Source: a virus. From it: a DNA stretch of 64,000 nucleotides. Where the stretch lies: positions 1-64,000 of IMG/VR virus record IMGVR_UViG_3300032242_001752. One strand, given 5' to 3'. Below the pieces are notes generated by a model. The model was not told the DNA's origin. It searched no databases and was given only the letters and a program-made list of their open reading frames with translations. A program made the position numbers and the translations under genes. Positions 6,704 to 17,058 of this stretch are shown here, in pieces (the stretch's first letter is position 1; each line of letters starts with the position of its first letter).

Positions 6704-9049
6704 ATGTCAAACAACCTAGGTGACTTCCAGGACAGCGGTACGCTAGTCCAAAACACCAATGCAATTGTTAGCGGTGCTACTACAAGCAGCACAACCGTTG
6801 TAATTGCCGCAGCTAACCCTTATATCTTCGTCGGCCAGACCGTAACCGGTTTTGGTATCCAGAACGCTAACGGTATTATCGGTGCTACTAAGGTCACAGC
6901 AATTAGCGCTGATGGTCTAACCCTTACCCTAAGCAACCCTGCAACCCTAGTAGACAAGACAGCTCTTGTTTTCTTATCAGTCTACGCTCCACTTGTAACA
7001 ACTACAGTTAACGGTGCTATTTCAAGTGCTACTCAGTCAGTAACTATTGTTGCTAACACCCTAATCGCTGCTGGTCAGATTGTTTCTGGTGTCGGTATCA
7101 ACGCAGCTACCGCTACAACTCCAAACACTGTAAATAACATTGGTACAACCACTGCCCTAGTTCTTAGTGCCCCTACTTCTGCAGCAGTTGCAGACAAGGC
7201 TGTTCTAGTGTTCTGGTCACTTGCTAACGCTAACATCGGTACTGACTTTGTATGGGGTAACTATGCAATCCAGCCAAACGATGACCGTGCAACTACTCCT
7301 GCTGGTAACTATGCAACCACTGGTGTTCAGTCTGTAACTATCTCCGGCGCAACTAGCGATGGTAAGTTGACTACTTACACAACCTCAGCTGCTCACGGTC
7401 TTGTTGTAGGTCAGGTTATTAGCACAGGTATCTACGCTATCGGCGGTACAGTTGCTTCTCCAACAGCTGGTACAACAGTATCAAATACCACAGGTACTTC
7501 TACTTCAGTAACTCTTGCTGCAACTACTGTTACAGCTGACACTACTCAGAAGACTGTTACTCTAACCACTTCTGCTGCTCACAACATTAGTGTTGGTGAA
7601 ACTGTACTTATCTCCGGTGGTTTGACTACTGCTGCTGTTTACAACGGTACTTTCGTAGCTTTGGCTGGTACAACAGGTTCTACACTAGTAGTTGCTAACG
7701 CTACTGCTGCTGTTGCATCTCCTGCTAACTCGACTACTGCTTGTACACTGACTGTTTACCACTTCGATGTTAACCAGCTTCCAATCGTATCTGTTCCTTC
7801 AACAACTACATTTACAGTTGCTCAGGCACTTTCTAACATCGGTTCAGTTGCTCCTACAGGTAAGACTGCATCGCTAGAGGTTACTTTAGACTCAAGCTGG
7901 TCAGCTACTACTAAGCAGCAGAGCTCTCGTCTATCTGCTACTTCAATCAGCAATACTATCAACGGAAACGCTTACTCTACTCCTGTTTATGATGGCGTTC
8001 TTACTGACGCAGGTTTCTACGGATTCCCTAACTTCAACACCGGTAAGTACTCAGCGTCTGCTGCTACTGTTGGTGGAAGCACAGGTAACTCATATATCGT
8101 AGTAACTTGCCCAAATAACTTTGCTGAAGTACTAACTCTAGGTACTAGCACAGTTAACGTAACTGGTTTCAACAACTCTGCGCTAACCACAGCATTGACA
8201 GGTGCAACAGTTATCTCAGCTACTTCAGACTACTTTGTAGTTGCAGGTACTAACGCACTTCTAGGTACAACCGTAACTGGTACTGCACTTGTGCAGGTTG
8301 TCGGTTGGGGTGTTGCTAACTACAACGTAACTGCCGTTACTGTTGATGGTACTACTAACACCACTTACATCTACACTGCACAGAACAACTTGCAGAAGGG
8401 TGACAAGGTCACAGTAACTGGTTTGGTAAGCAACGCTACGTTGTCGCCAAACGTAAGCAACGTAACCGTGGCTTCTGCTACAGCTACTAGCTTTACAGTA
8501 ACTGGTCAGACTGCGTCAACACTTAACTACGCTCTGACAGGTCAGACTGGTAAGGTTGAATACTACGCTGCTTTGGCTAACGTAGACGGCGCTTACTCAG
8601 CTGGTACTTTCGGTTACCTAGTTCCTAACGTAATTGGTAAGTATGACGCTGTGGCAAACGACGCTCTAAAGGACCGTGGTTTTGTACAGAGCGCTGGTTC
8701 AACTACATCATCAAGCTCTAACGCAGTTGGTGTAAGCTCTGTTGCTCGTACCGCTGGTAGCACCTTGGCTGTTCTTACAAACAGCACAAGCACGGACTTT
8801 ACCAACATCGTTGTAGGTGACGTTCTAACCGTTTCTAGCTCGTCACTTGCAGGTCTTGTGAACGCTCTTGACTACCAGGTTGTAGCCAAGATTGACGCTA
8901 AAAACATCGTGGTTAACTCAGGTTCTAGCGCTGTGCTTTCATCAGGTACGCTAACCCTAACCCCTCGCGTAGGTACTGTACACACTCAGCAGTATGCTGC
9001 TGGTACGTCACAGACTGCTACTGCAATCACTACTGGTCTCTGGGCCTAG
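6704..9049 (+). CDS. large Thr/Ala/Ser/Val-rich virion surface or decoration protein
   Basis: 781 aa of repeated beta modules (TSAAHGLxVG, GQxVxGxGI), PASTA-like C-terminal segment, strong codon bias like the capsid gene. Confidence 0.6.
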   Translation: MSNNLGDFQDSGTLVQNTNAIVSGATTSSTTVVIAAANPYIFVGQTVTGFGIQNANGIIGATKVTAISADGLTLTLSNPATLVDKTALVFLSVYAPLVTTTVNGAISSATQSVTIVANTLIAAGQIVSGVGINAATATTPNTVNNIGTTTALVLSAPTSAAVADKAVLVFWSLANANIGTDFVWGNYAIQPNDDRATTPAGNYATTGVQSVTISGATSDGKLTTYTTSAAHGLVVGQVISTGIYAIGGTVASPTAGTTVSNTTGTSTSVTLAATTVTADTTQKTVTLTTSAAHNISVGETVLISGGLTTAAVYNGTFVALAGTTGSTLVVANATAAVASPANSTTACTLTVYHFDVNQLPIVSVPSTTTFTVAQALSNIGSVAPTGKTASLEVTLDSSWSATTKQQSSRLSATSISNTINGNAYSTPVYDGVLTDAGFYGFPNFNTGKYSASAATVGGSTGNSYIVVTCPNNFAEVLTLGTSTVNVTGFNNSALTTALTGATVISATSDYFVVAGTNALLGTTVTGTALVQVVGWGVANYNVTAVTVDGTTNTTYIYTAQNNLQKGDKVTVTGLVSNATLSPNVSNVTVASATATSFTVTGQTASTLNYALTGQTGKVEYYAALANVDGAYSAGTFGYLVPNVIGKYDAVANDALKDRGFVQSAGSTTSSSSNAVGVSSVARTAGSTLAVLTNSTSTDFTNIVVGDVLTVSSSSLAGLVNALDYQVVAKIDAKNIVVNSGSSAVLSSGTLTLTPRVGTVHTQQYAAGTSQTATAITTGLWA

Positions 9050-9059
9050 TAGTAATTGG

Positions 9060-9090
9060 AAAGCCCCGGTCTTTTGGCCGGGGTTTTCTT
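9060..9090 (+). terminator. intrinsic terminator
   Basis: GCCCCGGTC/GGCCGGGGT stem followed by TTTTCTT. Confidence 0.8.
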
Positions 9091-9132
9091 ATTTAAACTG
9101 ATAAACTCATTAAAAAGAATTAGGATTTAATC

Positions 9133-9930
9133 ATGGCTAATGAAAATGTTGAAGGCTCTGCCGCTAGAAATTTAGCTGGCGGGGGCAAGTACTCAGGCGA
9201 CCATGTAAGAGGTCTTGCTCGTGACGTTCTTTGGAATCGTATCTTTAACGGTCCTGGTAAACGCAATAAAGAAGCTAAAGCTGGTGCAACCGGTATGACC
9301 GCTGAGGACTGGGAAAACCTTTCTATATTCAAAGAGAAAGAGCACGCCCTGGGCCAAGACGCAGCTAATAACGACCTCGGTAGAGCAATGATGCACCTTG
9401 AAAGCGTAAACGCTAATACTCCAACGGGCCGTGCACTAAGCGCCTCTTCATATGACCGCTCCAAAGGCGCGTACTCTGTTAGATTTACTTCTAATCCAAC
9501 TAGAAGTACTGGAACTGGCGTGGCTGCTTCTCAGGCTGAAGGTAGACAAACTGCTGGTAATAAAGGAACTACTGGTAAAGGCGCTAAAGCTGGTAGGGCT
9601 GTAGGCGCTGTTATAGGCGGAGCTGTTACTGAAAATCCAGCAGGAGCTGCGGTTGGAGCAAAGCTTGGTGAAAAAGTCGGCGATGCTATTGAAAAGAAGA
9701 TAACCGGTAGAAAGCCTAGGAACACCGCTGCTTCTACAACTAAACCTACAACTAAAACGACAACTACTCCTCGCACGCGTACCGCAAGACCTAGGCCTTC
9801 TGATTTTTCTGCTCCAGATACTACCACTGGTCCTCAGTTTAGAGATGACCCAACTGAGTATGTTCCTAGAGAAACAACTCCTTTGAACCGCCCTGCACAG
9901 GTTGCAGCTAAGGGTAAAACAGTAAAGTAA
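9133..9930 (+). CDS. hypothetical protein with glycine-zipper-like segment
   Basis: 265 aa; GAKAGRAVGAVIGG..GAAVGAKLG. Confidence 0.75.
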   Translation: MANENVEGSAARNLAGGGKYSGDHVRGLARDVLWNRIFNGPGKRNKEAKAGATGMTAEDWENLSIFKEKEHALGQDAANNDLGRAMMHLESVNANTPTGRALSASSYDRSKGAYSVRFTSNPTRSTGTGVAASQAEGRQTAGNKGTTGKGAKAGRAVGAVIGGAVTENPAGAAVGAKLGEKVGDAIEKKITGRKPRNTAASTTKPTTKTTTTPRTRTARPRPSDFSAPDTTTGPQFRDDPTEYVPRETTPLNRPAQVAAKGKTVK

Positions 9931-9933
9931 TCC

Positions 9934-10137
9934 ATGCCTAGCTTAAAAGTAGACATACGCCGTAAAAACGGCCTAAGAGCCCTTAAAGGGGCTACTACGT
10001 CTACTGACCCGTATGAGAGAGATGAACGCCCTGTAGGGCGCTCCAGAGAGTTTACAGACGCACTTCTGCGCTCTGGAGACAGCGTTATATCCGGCATACC
10101 TACTCACATGAAAGAATGGGGAAGATGGCGGACCTAA
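9934..10137 (+). CDS. hypothetical protein
   Basis: 67 aa in operon context. Confidence 0.6.
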   Translation: MPSLKVDIRRKNGLRALKGATTSTDPYERDERPVGRSREFTDALLRSGDSVISGIPTHMKEWGRWRT

Positions 10138-10292
10138 AAAGAACTAAAGAGTTTAAAAAAGCGGCTGTTTATAAAGCCGTAAAGATAAATGATCCGCGCT
10201 TCGGTACTCGAAAAATACATTTGAATCAATCGGAAAAGCCAACCACTTTTTCATATGCTAACCCTGGCCGTAACTGGTGGGGCTATAACTAA
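10125..10292 (+). CDS. 55-aa basic protein (not in ORF track)
   Basis: MADLKRTKEFKK...; fills gap, GGGGAAG RBS. Confidence 0.55.
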   Translation: MADLKRTKEFKKAAVYKAVKINDPRFGTRKIHLNQSEKPTTFSYANPGRNWWGYN

Positions 10293-10301
10293 TAGGAATC
10301 T

Positions 10302-10571
10302 ATGACTACCGACCAATTAATTGCCCTATTGTCTGCGCTTTGTGCATTTCTTAGCCTAGGTGGATTTATAGTTTCTCGCCTTGTTAAGGGATATACCAGC
10401 GAGATAGTTAGTAGCCTTGTAAAAGACTATTTATCAGAACTTAAGCCAAATCATGGCTCATCTCTTAGAGACGACATCGTCTGCATAAAGACTGATTTGA
10501 CTGAGCTTAAGCTAGATGTGGCTACATTAGAAGGTAAGTTTAGTCAGCACATCAAAGAGAATAATATTTAA
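10302..10571 (+). CDS. single-TM coiled-coil membrane protein
   Basis: N-terminal hydrophobic helix; LKPNHGSSLRD motif. Confidence 0.7.
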   Translation: MTTDQLIALLSALCAFLSLGGFIVSRLVKGYTSEIVSSLVKDYLSELKPNHGSSLRDDIVCIKTDLTELKLDVATLEGKFSQHIKENNI

Positions 10572-10589
10572 ATCTGTTATTATTAGTTA

Positions 10590-10754
10590 ATGCGCATAAC
10601 TAATCACCAGGCTTATCAAGCCCATCCAGTACCAAAACATGTTTATTACGCAGAGGGCGAAGACCTGCCTCTGGACTATGAGATTTTACAGGAACCTGAG
10701 CAGGTTTTTGAAGAAGATGACGATAACTTTGATGACTATGAGGATGAAGATTAA
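10590..10754 (+). CDS. 54-aa acidic-tailed protein, probably leaderless
   Basis: TATTAT 6 nt before ATG; TAATG overlap with next gene. Confidence 0.55.
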   Translation: MRITNHQAYQAHPVPKHVYYAEGEDLPLDYEILQEPEQVFEEDDDNFDDYEDED

Positions 10755-11239
10755 TGGCAAATAAAGGCAATAATCCTTGGGCTAATCAAAGAAAAAAGGA
10801 TGCGCAAACTAAAAATACTGAGTATTGGTTAGATGTGCTAGCTGGAGAAGAAAATCCAGATCTTGAAATACCTAAAGATGAAAACTTTGAAGTAGAGCAA
10901 AAAGAAAAAGAGCAGGATAGTTTTCCGTCTTTAATGACCACTATCTCTACTAATCCAGAGCGCCCTAGAACTCTTAAAGCCGGATATGATTTTCAAAACG
11001 AAAATCTAATAGTAATTTTTAGAGACGGTACCTGGTGGGAGTACAGAGGTGTTCCTGTGTATATGTGGTATGATTTTCTTTCAGCAGAATCTAAAGGCAG
11101 GTTTTTAAGAGAATCTGGGCTAGACCACTGGTCAGATATGGGCCCAGTAGACATTAACTCAATGCCTAAACATAGAAGAGTTCAGATGAGTAACATTAAA
11201 GAGTTTTCAGACCGTATGTACCTAGGAGCTAAGGAATAA
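10754..11239 (+). CDS. KTSC-domain protein
   Basis: GYD....L.V.F.DG..WEY..VP...W..F..AESKGRF. Confidence 0.8.
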   Translation: MANKGNNPWANQRKKDAQTKNTEYWLDVLAGEENPDLEIPKDENFEVEQKEKEQDSFPSLMTTISTNPERPRTLKAGYDFQNENLIVIFRDGTWWEYRGVPVYMWYDFLSAESKGRFLRESGLDHWSDMGPVDINSMPKHRRVQMSNIKEFSDRMYLGAKE

Positions 11240-11242
11240 GAC

Positions 11243-11497
11243 GTGAAATCAGTCGGATCACTATACGTTGATACTATTAAATTAAAACACCCTATTACCC
11301 CAGTATTTGAGTGGGGCTGGAGCCAGGAAACAGAGCATCCATACCGTGCAAGTAAAGTGTGTGTTGTACTTTGGGTACCTTTCATTAAGCGAGGCTATGC
11401 CATTGGTCTATGGGGTAATCCTATTGATGAAGACGAAGCCCTTGGTAAAGTACTACGCCAGCTAGATACTCCTAGCGAGGAGATTAAGAAATGGTAA
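11243..11497 (+). CDS. hypothetical protein
   Basis: GTG start after AAGGA. Confidence 0.7.
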   Translation: MKSVGSLYVDTIKLKHPITPVFEWGWSQETEHPYRASKVCVVLWVPFIKRGYAIGLWGNPIDEDEALGKVLRQLDTPSEEIKKW

Positions 11498-11736
11498 GTT
11501 TTAAGAAGAAAAAATGGGATAAGCCATTTCCTGAAAAAATTGCTAAAAGAGTAGCCCGCATCGGCACTATAGATTTGACTATGTGGGCAGACCAGTCTTT
11601 ATATGAGCTTGGTCGATTACTCAGTATTTACGAAAAAACCCGTACCCCAGAAGCTATGAAAGAGCTAATAACTGGTGTGGAAGCTTTACACGCTGTGGTA
11701 GAAGAGCTAAATAGAAGAACTAATATTACCTTATAA
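11491..11736 (+). CDS. hypothetical protein
   Basis: 81 aa helical, upstream of terL. Confidence 0.7.
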   Translation: MVSFKKKKWDKPFPEKIAKRVARIGTIDLTMWADQSLYELGRLLSIYEKTRTPEAMKELITGVEALHAVVEELNRRTNITL

Positions 11737-11767
11737 GGTTTAATATTTATTTATGGTATCATGAGTA

Positions 11768-11835
11768 TGCCAACCTTCCTTCTCTCCCGTGTGGCACTTA
11801 GTAGCCCTGAGTCATATTGGCTCAGGGCTACTTTA
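11768..11835 (+). ncRNA. putative small RNA or terL leader: CU-loop hairpin plus terminator-like hairpin
   Basis: TGnTATCAT -10 at 11757; TGCCA/TGGCA stem with loop CTTCCTTCTCTCCC; 15-bp hairpin 11800-11832. Confidence 0.5.
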
Positions 11836-11849
11836 ATCTAAGGCGATAT

Positions 11850-13430
11850 ATGAATGACAATGAAGAGTACTATGACGATGAACTCGATGAATATGAGGAC
11901 TCTGTTGATAGTGAGTTTGAGCCGTATGACGATGGCTTAGATGAATTATCTCGTGAATTTGTAGACCAATTAATTGATAAAATTATGGTTTTTATGCACG
12001 CTCTTATTGGACATGAACTACGCACTTATCAAAAGCCTTTAGCACGCCGTATCATCGAATCTGTGGTTATCAATGAGGGTGAAGAAATTACCGCACTGGC
12101 TTCTCGTCAGTCCGGTAAGTCTGAGACTGTAGCCGATACCGTAGCCGCTCTTATGGTTATTCTTCCTAGGCTCGCCAAGATGTACCCTGACCTACTAGGT
12201 CGTTTCAAAGACGGACTGTGGGTAGGCTTATTCGCCCCTGTAGAAAGCCAGGCAGAAACTCTATTTAGTCGTGTCATTACTCGCCTTACAAGTGAACACG
12301 CTCTAGCTGTGCTTGAAGACCCTGAGATTGACGATGAGGCTAAGAAGGTTGCTGGTGTTACCAAGCAGGTTAAACTTCTTAACTCTGGCTCATCAGTAAT
12401 GATGATGACTGCCAACCCTAGAGCCAAAATTGAGTCTAAGACTTTCCATCTTATCGTTATTGATGAGTGTCAGGAAGCGGATGACTTTATCGTAGCTAAG
12501 TCTATCGGTCCTATGCTTGCGTCTACAAACGGTACTATGGTAAAAACCGGTACCCCTACTACACATAAAAACAATTTCTATCGCGCAATCCAACTCAACA
12601 AACGCCGTGCTACTGGCCGAGGCGGAAAGCAAAATCACTTTCAGTGGGACTGGCGCGATGTCGCTAAGGTAAGCGAAGAGTACGGTAAGTTCGTTCGTAA
12701 AGAGATGCTCCGTATCGGCGAGGACTCTGACGAGTTCCAGATGGCCTATAACTGTAAGTGGCTTCTAGAACGCGGTATGTTTGTGTCATCTACCGTCATG
12801 GATGAGCTAGGCGATACATCCATGAAGACTATAAAGGCCTGGCACCGTACCCCAGTTATCGTAGGTATTGACCCTGCCCGTAAAATGGACTCGACAGTAG
12901 TAACTGTTATTTGGGTGGACTGGGATAGGCCCGATGAGTTTGGTTACTATGACCACCGCGTGTTTAACTGGCTAGAGATTCAAAATGATGACTGGGAAGA
13001 CCAGTACTTTCAAATCGTTAACTTCCTAGAAAACTATAACGTCCTGTATGTTGGCGTAGATGCCAATGGTGTTGGGGATGCAGTAGCTCAACGTCTACGT
13101 TTATTGTTGCCTAGAGCCGAGGTTATTTCTGTAAGCAGTAGCCAGCAAGAGCAGTCTAAACGTTGGAAGCACTTAAAGACCTTGATTGAACGCCGCCTTA
13201 TCGGGTGGCCTGCTCACGCTGAAACTCGTAGGTCTAGGTCATGGAAGCGTTTTTATCAGCAAATGACTGACCTAGAGATTAAGTTCCAGGGTCCTAATTT
13301 CCTAGCCCATGCGCCTGAAGAAGCCCATGCTCACGATGACTATGCTGATAGTTTGGCTATTGCAGTAAGCTTAACGCTAGATCTTACGATGCCTTCTGTA
13401 GAAGTAAGTTCTTCACCATTTTTTAGATAA
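11850..13430 (+). CDS. terL: terminase large subunit
   Basis: Walker A ASRQSGKSE, Walker B IVIDECQ, nuclease GIDPAR and DDYADS. Confidence 0.95.
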   Translation: MNDNEEYYDDELDEYEDSVDSEFEPYDDGLDELSREFVDQLIDKIMVFMHALIGHELRTYQKPLARRIIESVVINEGEEITALASRQSGKSETVADTVAALMVILPRLAKMYPDLLGRFKDGLWVGLFAPVESQAETLFSRVITRLTSEHALAVLEDPEIDDEAKKVAGVTKQVKLLNSGSSVMMMTANPRAKIESKTFHLIVIDECQEADDFIVAKSIGPMLASTNGTMVKTGTPTTHKNNFYRAIQLNKRRATGRGGKQNHFQWDWRDVAKVSEEYGKFVRKEMLRIGEDSDEFQMAYNCKWLLERGMFVSSTVMDELGDTSMKTIKAWHRTPVIVGIDPARKMDSTVVTVIWVDWDRPDEFGYYDHRVFNWLEIQNDDWEDQYFQIVNFLENYNVLYVGVDANGVGDAVAQRLRLLLPRAEVISVSSSQQEQSKRWKHLKTLIERRLIGWPAHAETRRSRSWKRFYQQMTDLEIKFQGPNFLAHAPEEAHAHDDYADSLAIAVSLTLDLTMPSVEVSSSPFFR

Positions 13431-13507
13431 ATCACGTTTATCCTGCGGATTATTGTATTTAGTATAAAACTTATATAGAGGCCCTCAACCTTTATTAGGA
13501 GATATTA

Positions 13508-13906
13508 ATGTCAATTGCACCAGACCCACAGTTCCCGGAACGCGCACCTATTGCTTACGACCGTAAGGTAGCATCTGCACTTCCTGGCCAGCGCGGACCT
13601 CTTCGTTTCGAAGAAGGTATCGGCACTGACACAGACGTACCAAACGAGTTCATGCTCGGAGCTCAGCAGGGGTACACCCCGGCTGCAGGTCGTCCAAACC
13701 GTAACGCCCCTGTACACACTAAGACTGCAGAAGAGACTATGGGCGAACGTGCTCACGTTGGCTCAGCTGCATGGGTAGAAGCACAGGATTACCTAAGCGA
13801 GTTCTCAGGCGCAGCCTTCGAGGACCACGGCTCAAACGTCATTGAAGAAGTTTTCCGCAATGGCTCACGTCAGCAGCACCCGAACCCAGCACAGGTTCAG
13901 GACTAG
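13508..13906 (+). CDS. hypothetical (likely virion) protein
   Basis: TAGGAG RBS, strong codon bias, between terL and portal. Confidence 0.8.
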   Translation: MSIAPDPQFPERAPIAYDRKVASALPGQRGPLRFEEGIGTDTDVPNEFMLGAQQGYTPAAGRPNRNAPVHTKTAEETMGERAHVGSAAWVEAQDYLSEFSGAAFEDHGSNVIEEVFRNGSRQQHPNPAQVQD

Positions 13907-13914
13907 GTTCTAGC

Positions 13915-13954
13915 GCTTAACCCCGTCTGTCCTAATAGATGGGCGGGGTTAAGC
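13915..13954 (+). terminator. terminator hairpin
   Basis: GCTTAACCCCGTCTGTC/GATGGGCGGGGTTAAGC. Confidence 0.75.
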
Positions 13955-13974
13955 TTCTTATAAGGCGGTGAATT

Positions 13975-14292
13975 ATGGCTCTGATTAAGGGTCAAGAAGT
14001 AAAAGAGACTCCCCATCAATACCCCGCTAATCCTCGTCTCTGGAACTTAATCACTACTCAAGCCAAAACTCGTTTTGCTAAATATCCTTCTCCTGCTGCG
14101 GCTCACTGGGTTCACACCAAGTATATTCAGCTAGGCGGTCAGTTCGTTGACCGTGAAAAAGACGTTGACCCTCGTATGCGCGACAGGGCTCAAGAAGCTA
14201 TGGATAAAAAAGAAGAAGCGCAAAAGTCTGCCGTACGAAAAGATGTACAAAAAAAGGTGACTAAAAAAGTTACCCGCCCTATTGCTAAATAG
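13975..14292 (+). CDS. hypothetical protein
   Basis: PANPRLW...KYPSPAAAHWV...Y...GG. Confidence 0.75.
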   Translation: MALIKGQEVKETPHQYPANPRLWNLITTQAKTRFAKYPSPAAAHWVHTKYIQLGGQFVDREKDVDPRMRDRAQEAMDKKEEAQKSAVRKDVQKKVTKKVTRPIAK

Positions 14293-14368
14293 TAATACTC
14301 TAAAAAATAATTCTATTTTGCGGTACACTATTAGTACTTACGCTAATTTAACCGGAAGCTCTTTATAG

Positions 14369-16090
14369 ATGTCAATTGACTTTTCACCCCCGTCATATAG
14401 AGCCGCATCTTCTGACCTTGCTATTAGCATCTCTCCACTTGGGCTTGTAGAACTTGCGGATGAAGAGTTTGAGGTTCACGGTCCTCGCCTAAACCGTTAC
14501 AGCCTTAACTGGGCGATGTACCTAGGTCACCACACTTCTTATCGTCGCCAAGCCGGTGAACCTTCAGTTGTCCTTAATTATTACCGTGCTATTACGGACT
14601 TTATTATTAACTTCACATTTAGCAAGGGTGTTCAGTTCCGTAGCGCTAAGGCTAACGAGGCAATTGTCCCACAGCTTCTAGAGCGTGTTTGGGAAGTAGA
14701 TAATAATAAGGCTACTGTACTTTGGGAAATCGGTCAGCAGGGCGGTGTTTCTGGAGACTGTTTTATTAAAGTAGCTTACGAAGAAGGCTACGAAGACCCT
14801 GCCGGAGGTATCCATCCAGGCCGTGTTCGTATCCTGCCTCTTAACTCCTCATTTGCTTTCCCAGAGTTTCACCCTCACGACCGCGAGCGTTTAATCAGAT
14901 TTAAACTTAAGTACCGTTTCTGGGGAACTTCTTTAGAAGGAACTCGCCAGGTTTACACCTATACTGAGATTCTCACAGAAGACACAATTGAAGAATACAT
15001 CAACGATGAGATGGTGGATTCAAGACCTAATCCATTGGGCATGATCCCTATCGTTCATATCCCTAACGTTCGTGTATCCGGTTCTCCTTGGGGCCTATCT
15101 GACTGTAACGAAATTATTAGCATTAACCGCGTCTACAATGAGACTGCTACAGACATCGCTGACATTATTAACTACCACGCTGCCCCTGTAACTGTTATTA
15201 TCGGTGCTAAGGCTAGCCAGTTGGAAAAGGGCGCTAACAAAGTATGGGGTGGACTACCTAAAGACGCTAAGGTAGAGAATCTTGAAGGCGGAGGCCAGGG
15301 ACTAAAAGGCGCTATGGACTTTATGGCACAGCTTAAAAAAGCTATGCACGAAATGACAGGTGTTCCTGAGACTGCTCTTGGACAAGCTCAGGCTATTTCT
15401 AACACATCTGGTGTTGCTCTTTCTATCCAGTTCCAGCCTTTGATGAACCGCTATCACCAAAAGATTGTGCAGTATGCTCACGGACTAGAAAGAGTTAATG
15501 AACTTGTACTACGCACTTTGGCATTTAAAGAACCAGAGACTTTTGCGATAAATCCTGACCTGGATGTTATGCCTAAGCCAGACCAGGTTATTGAACTTGA
15601 CCCAGCAGACCCAGAGACTTATCGCACATATGCTCATTTTCCTCCACCGCTCCCTCTTGACAAGCTAATTGTATTGAACGAAATTCAGTCATTGCTATCT
15701 CTAGGACTACAGTCTAAAGAAGGCGCTTTGCGTGACCTTGGTGAAGAGTTCCCTGCATCTAAGCTTGACGAAATACGTAGAGAACTTATTGACGACGCAG
15801 TTGCCGATGGCGCTTTGCGTCTTGTACAGACTGAAATTGACCAAGACATTATGTCTATGACAGGCCAGATGGCTCCGCCTGACGGAACCAGTGCTGGTGG
15901 TGGAGCTGCTCCTGGAGCCGCTGGCGCTGCTGCCGCAGGCGCTATACCTGCCGCTCCTGCTCCAGTGCTTGACCCAAACACCATGGATAAGCTAGCTCTA
16001 GGTGAATCAGAACTTAGAAACCGCTTAGTAACAGAAGCTTACGGAACTAAACTTCCGCAAAGAAATGTCCCGCAAGATTATGAAAAATAA
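14369..16090 (+). CDS. portal protein (SPP1 gp6-like)
   Basis: NPLGMIPIVHIPN, G.SD, SGVAL motifs; position after terL. Confidence 0.9.
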   Translation: MSIDFSPPSYRAASSDLAISISPLGLVELADEEFEVHGPRLNRYSLNWAMYLGHHTSYRRQAGEPSVVLNYYRAITDFIINFTFSKGVQFRSAKANEAIVPQLLERVWEVDNNKATVLWEIGQQGGVSGDCFIKVAYEEGYEDPAGGIHPGRVRILPLNSSFAFPEFHPHDRERLIRFKLKYRFWGTSLEGTRQVYTYTEILTEDTIEEYINDEMVDSRPNPLGMIPIVHIPNVRVSGSPWGLSDCNEIISINRVYNETATDIADIINYHAAPVTVIIGAKASQLEKGANKVWGGLPKDAKVENLEGGGQGLKGAMDFMAQLKKAMHEMTGVPETALGQAQAISNTSGVALSIQFQPLMNRYHQKIVQYAHGLERVNELVLRTLAFKEPETFAINPDLDVMPKPDQVIELDPADPETYRTYAHFPPPLPLDKLIVLNEIQSLLSLGLQSKEGALRDLGEEFPASKLDEIRRELIDDAVADGALRLVQTEIDQDIMSMTGQMAPPDGTSAGGGAAPGAAGAAAAGAIPAAPAPVLDPNTMDKLALGESELRNRLVTEAYGTKLPQRNVPQDYEK

Positions 16091-16216
16091 TTACCATTTA
16101 GCGTGACAAAATAAAGATATCGAGTAAAACTTGATATTAGAACACATCGAGTGGCTATACGTGATACGTGTCTAAGACACATTTGAAGAACGCCCCCTAG
16201 AAAATAAGGATATACA

Positions 16217-17020
16217 TTGAGTACAGCAGAAACATCACCGAATGCTGAAGCCTTCCAGGCAGAAGCAGGAGTAGCTCCAACAGTAGCAACGCCTGACGCT
16301 GATGCGTCAATTGCTACGTCAGTGTCTTCAACCGAAGCGCCTGCAACACCTAGTCGAGTCTATACAGACGATGACCTAGCTAAAGTTCGCGCTCAGGAAA
16401 AAGACAAACTTTACCCTCAAATCGATTCACTAAAAGCTGAACTTGCAGAGATTAAACGTCAACGCGATGAAGAGCTTGCAGCGAAACGTGCGGAAGAAGA
16501 GGCTCGTGCCGCTGAAGAGCGTGCAAAAGCCGAAGCTGATATGGACGTTCGTGACCTTCTAAAACAGAAGGAAGCTGAATGGCAGGAGCAATTGGAGCGT
16601 GAGCGTCAAGAACGCGAACGCGCATTTGCACTATGGGAGCGCGAAAAGAACTACGCTGAACTTACCAGTTACAAGCAGCAAGTGCTTGAAGCTGAGCGGG
16701 ATAATATTATGCCCGAGTTGTTAGACCTTCTAAAGGGCGAAACCCCTGAAGAAATTAATGCGAGTGTAGCGGACCTAAAAGAACGCTCTGCTCGTATCCT
16801 TGATTCGGCACAGGCAGCAATGCAGAATGCCCGCAAGGAAATGACGGGTAGTCGGGTAACCGCACCACCCACCGGACCATTGGATATTAATTCGGAGCAA
16901 CGTACGCTTACGGCACAAGAAATTGCTGCCATGCCGATGAATGAATACGCACAATATCGTCAACGTCTATTGAGTGACAAAGCTCGTGGACGCGGACAGG
17001 GTTTGTTCGGGAACCCATAA
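16217..17020 (+). CDS. capsid scaffolding protein
   Basis: charged coiled coil directly before the capsid gene. Confidence 0.8.
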   Translation: MSTAETSPNAEAFQAEAGVAPTVATPDADASIATSVSSTEAPATPSRVYTDDDLAKVRAQEKDKLYPQIDSLKAELAEIKRQRDEELAAKRAEEEARAAEERAKAEADMDVRDLLKQKEAEWQEQLERERQERERAFALWEREKNYAELTSYKQQVLEAERDNIMPELLDLLKGETPEEINASVADLKERSARILDSAQAAMQNARKEMTGSRVTAPPTGPLDINSEQRTLTAQEIAAMPMNEYAQYRQRLLSDKARGRGQGLFGNP

Positions 17021-17058
17021 AACCAAAAAGTCAAAATTCTATTTAGGAGCCCACACAA

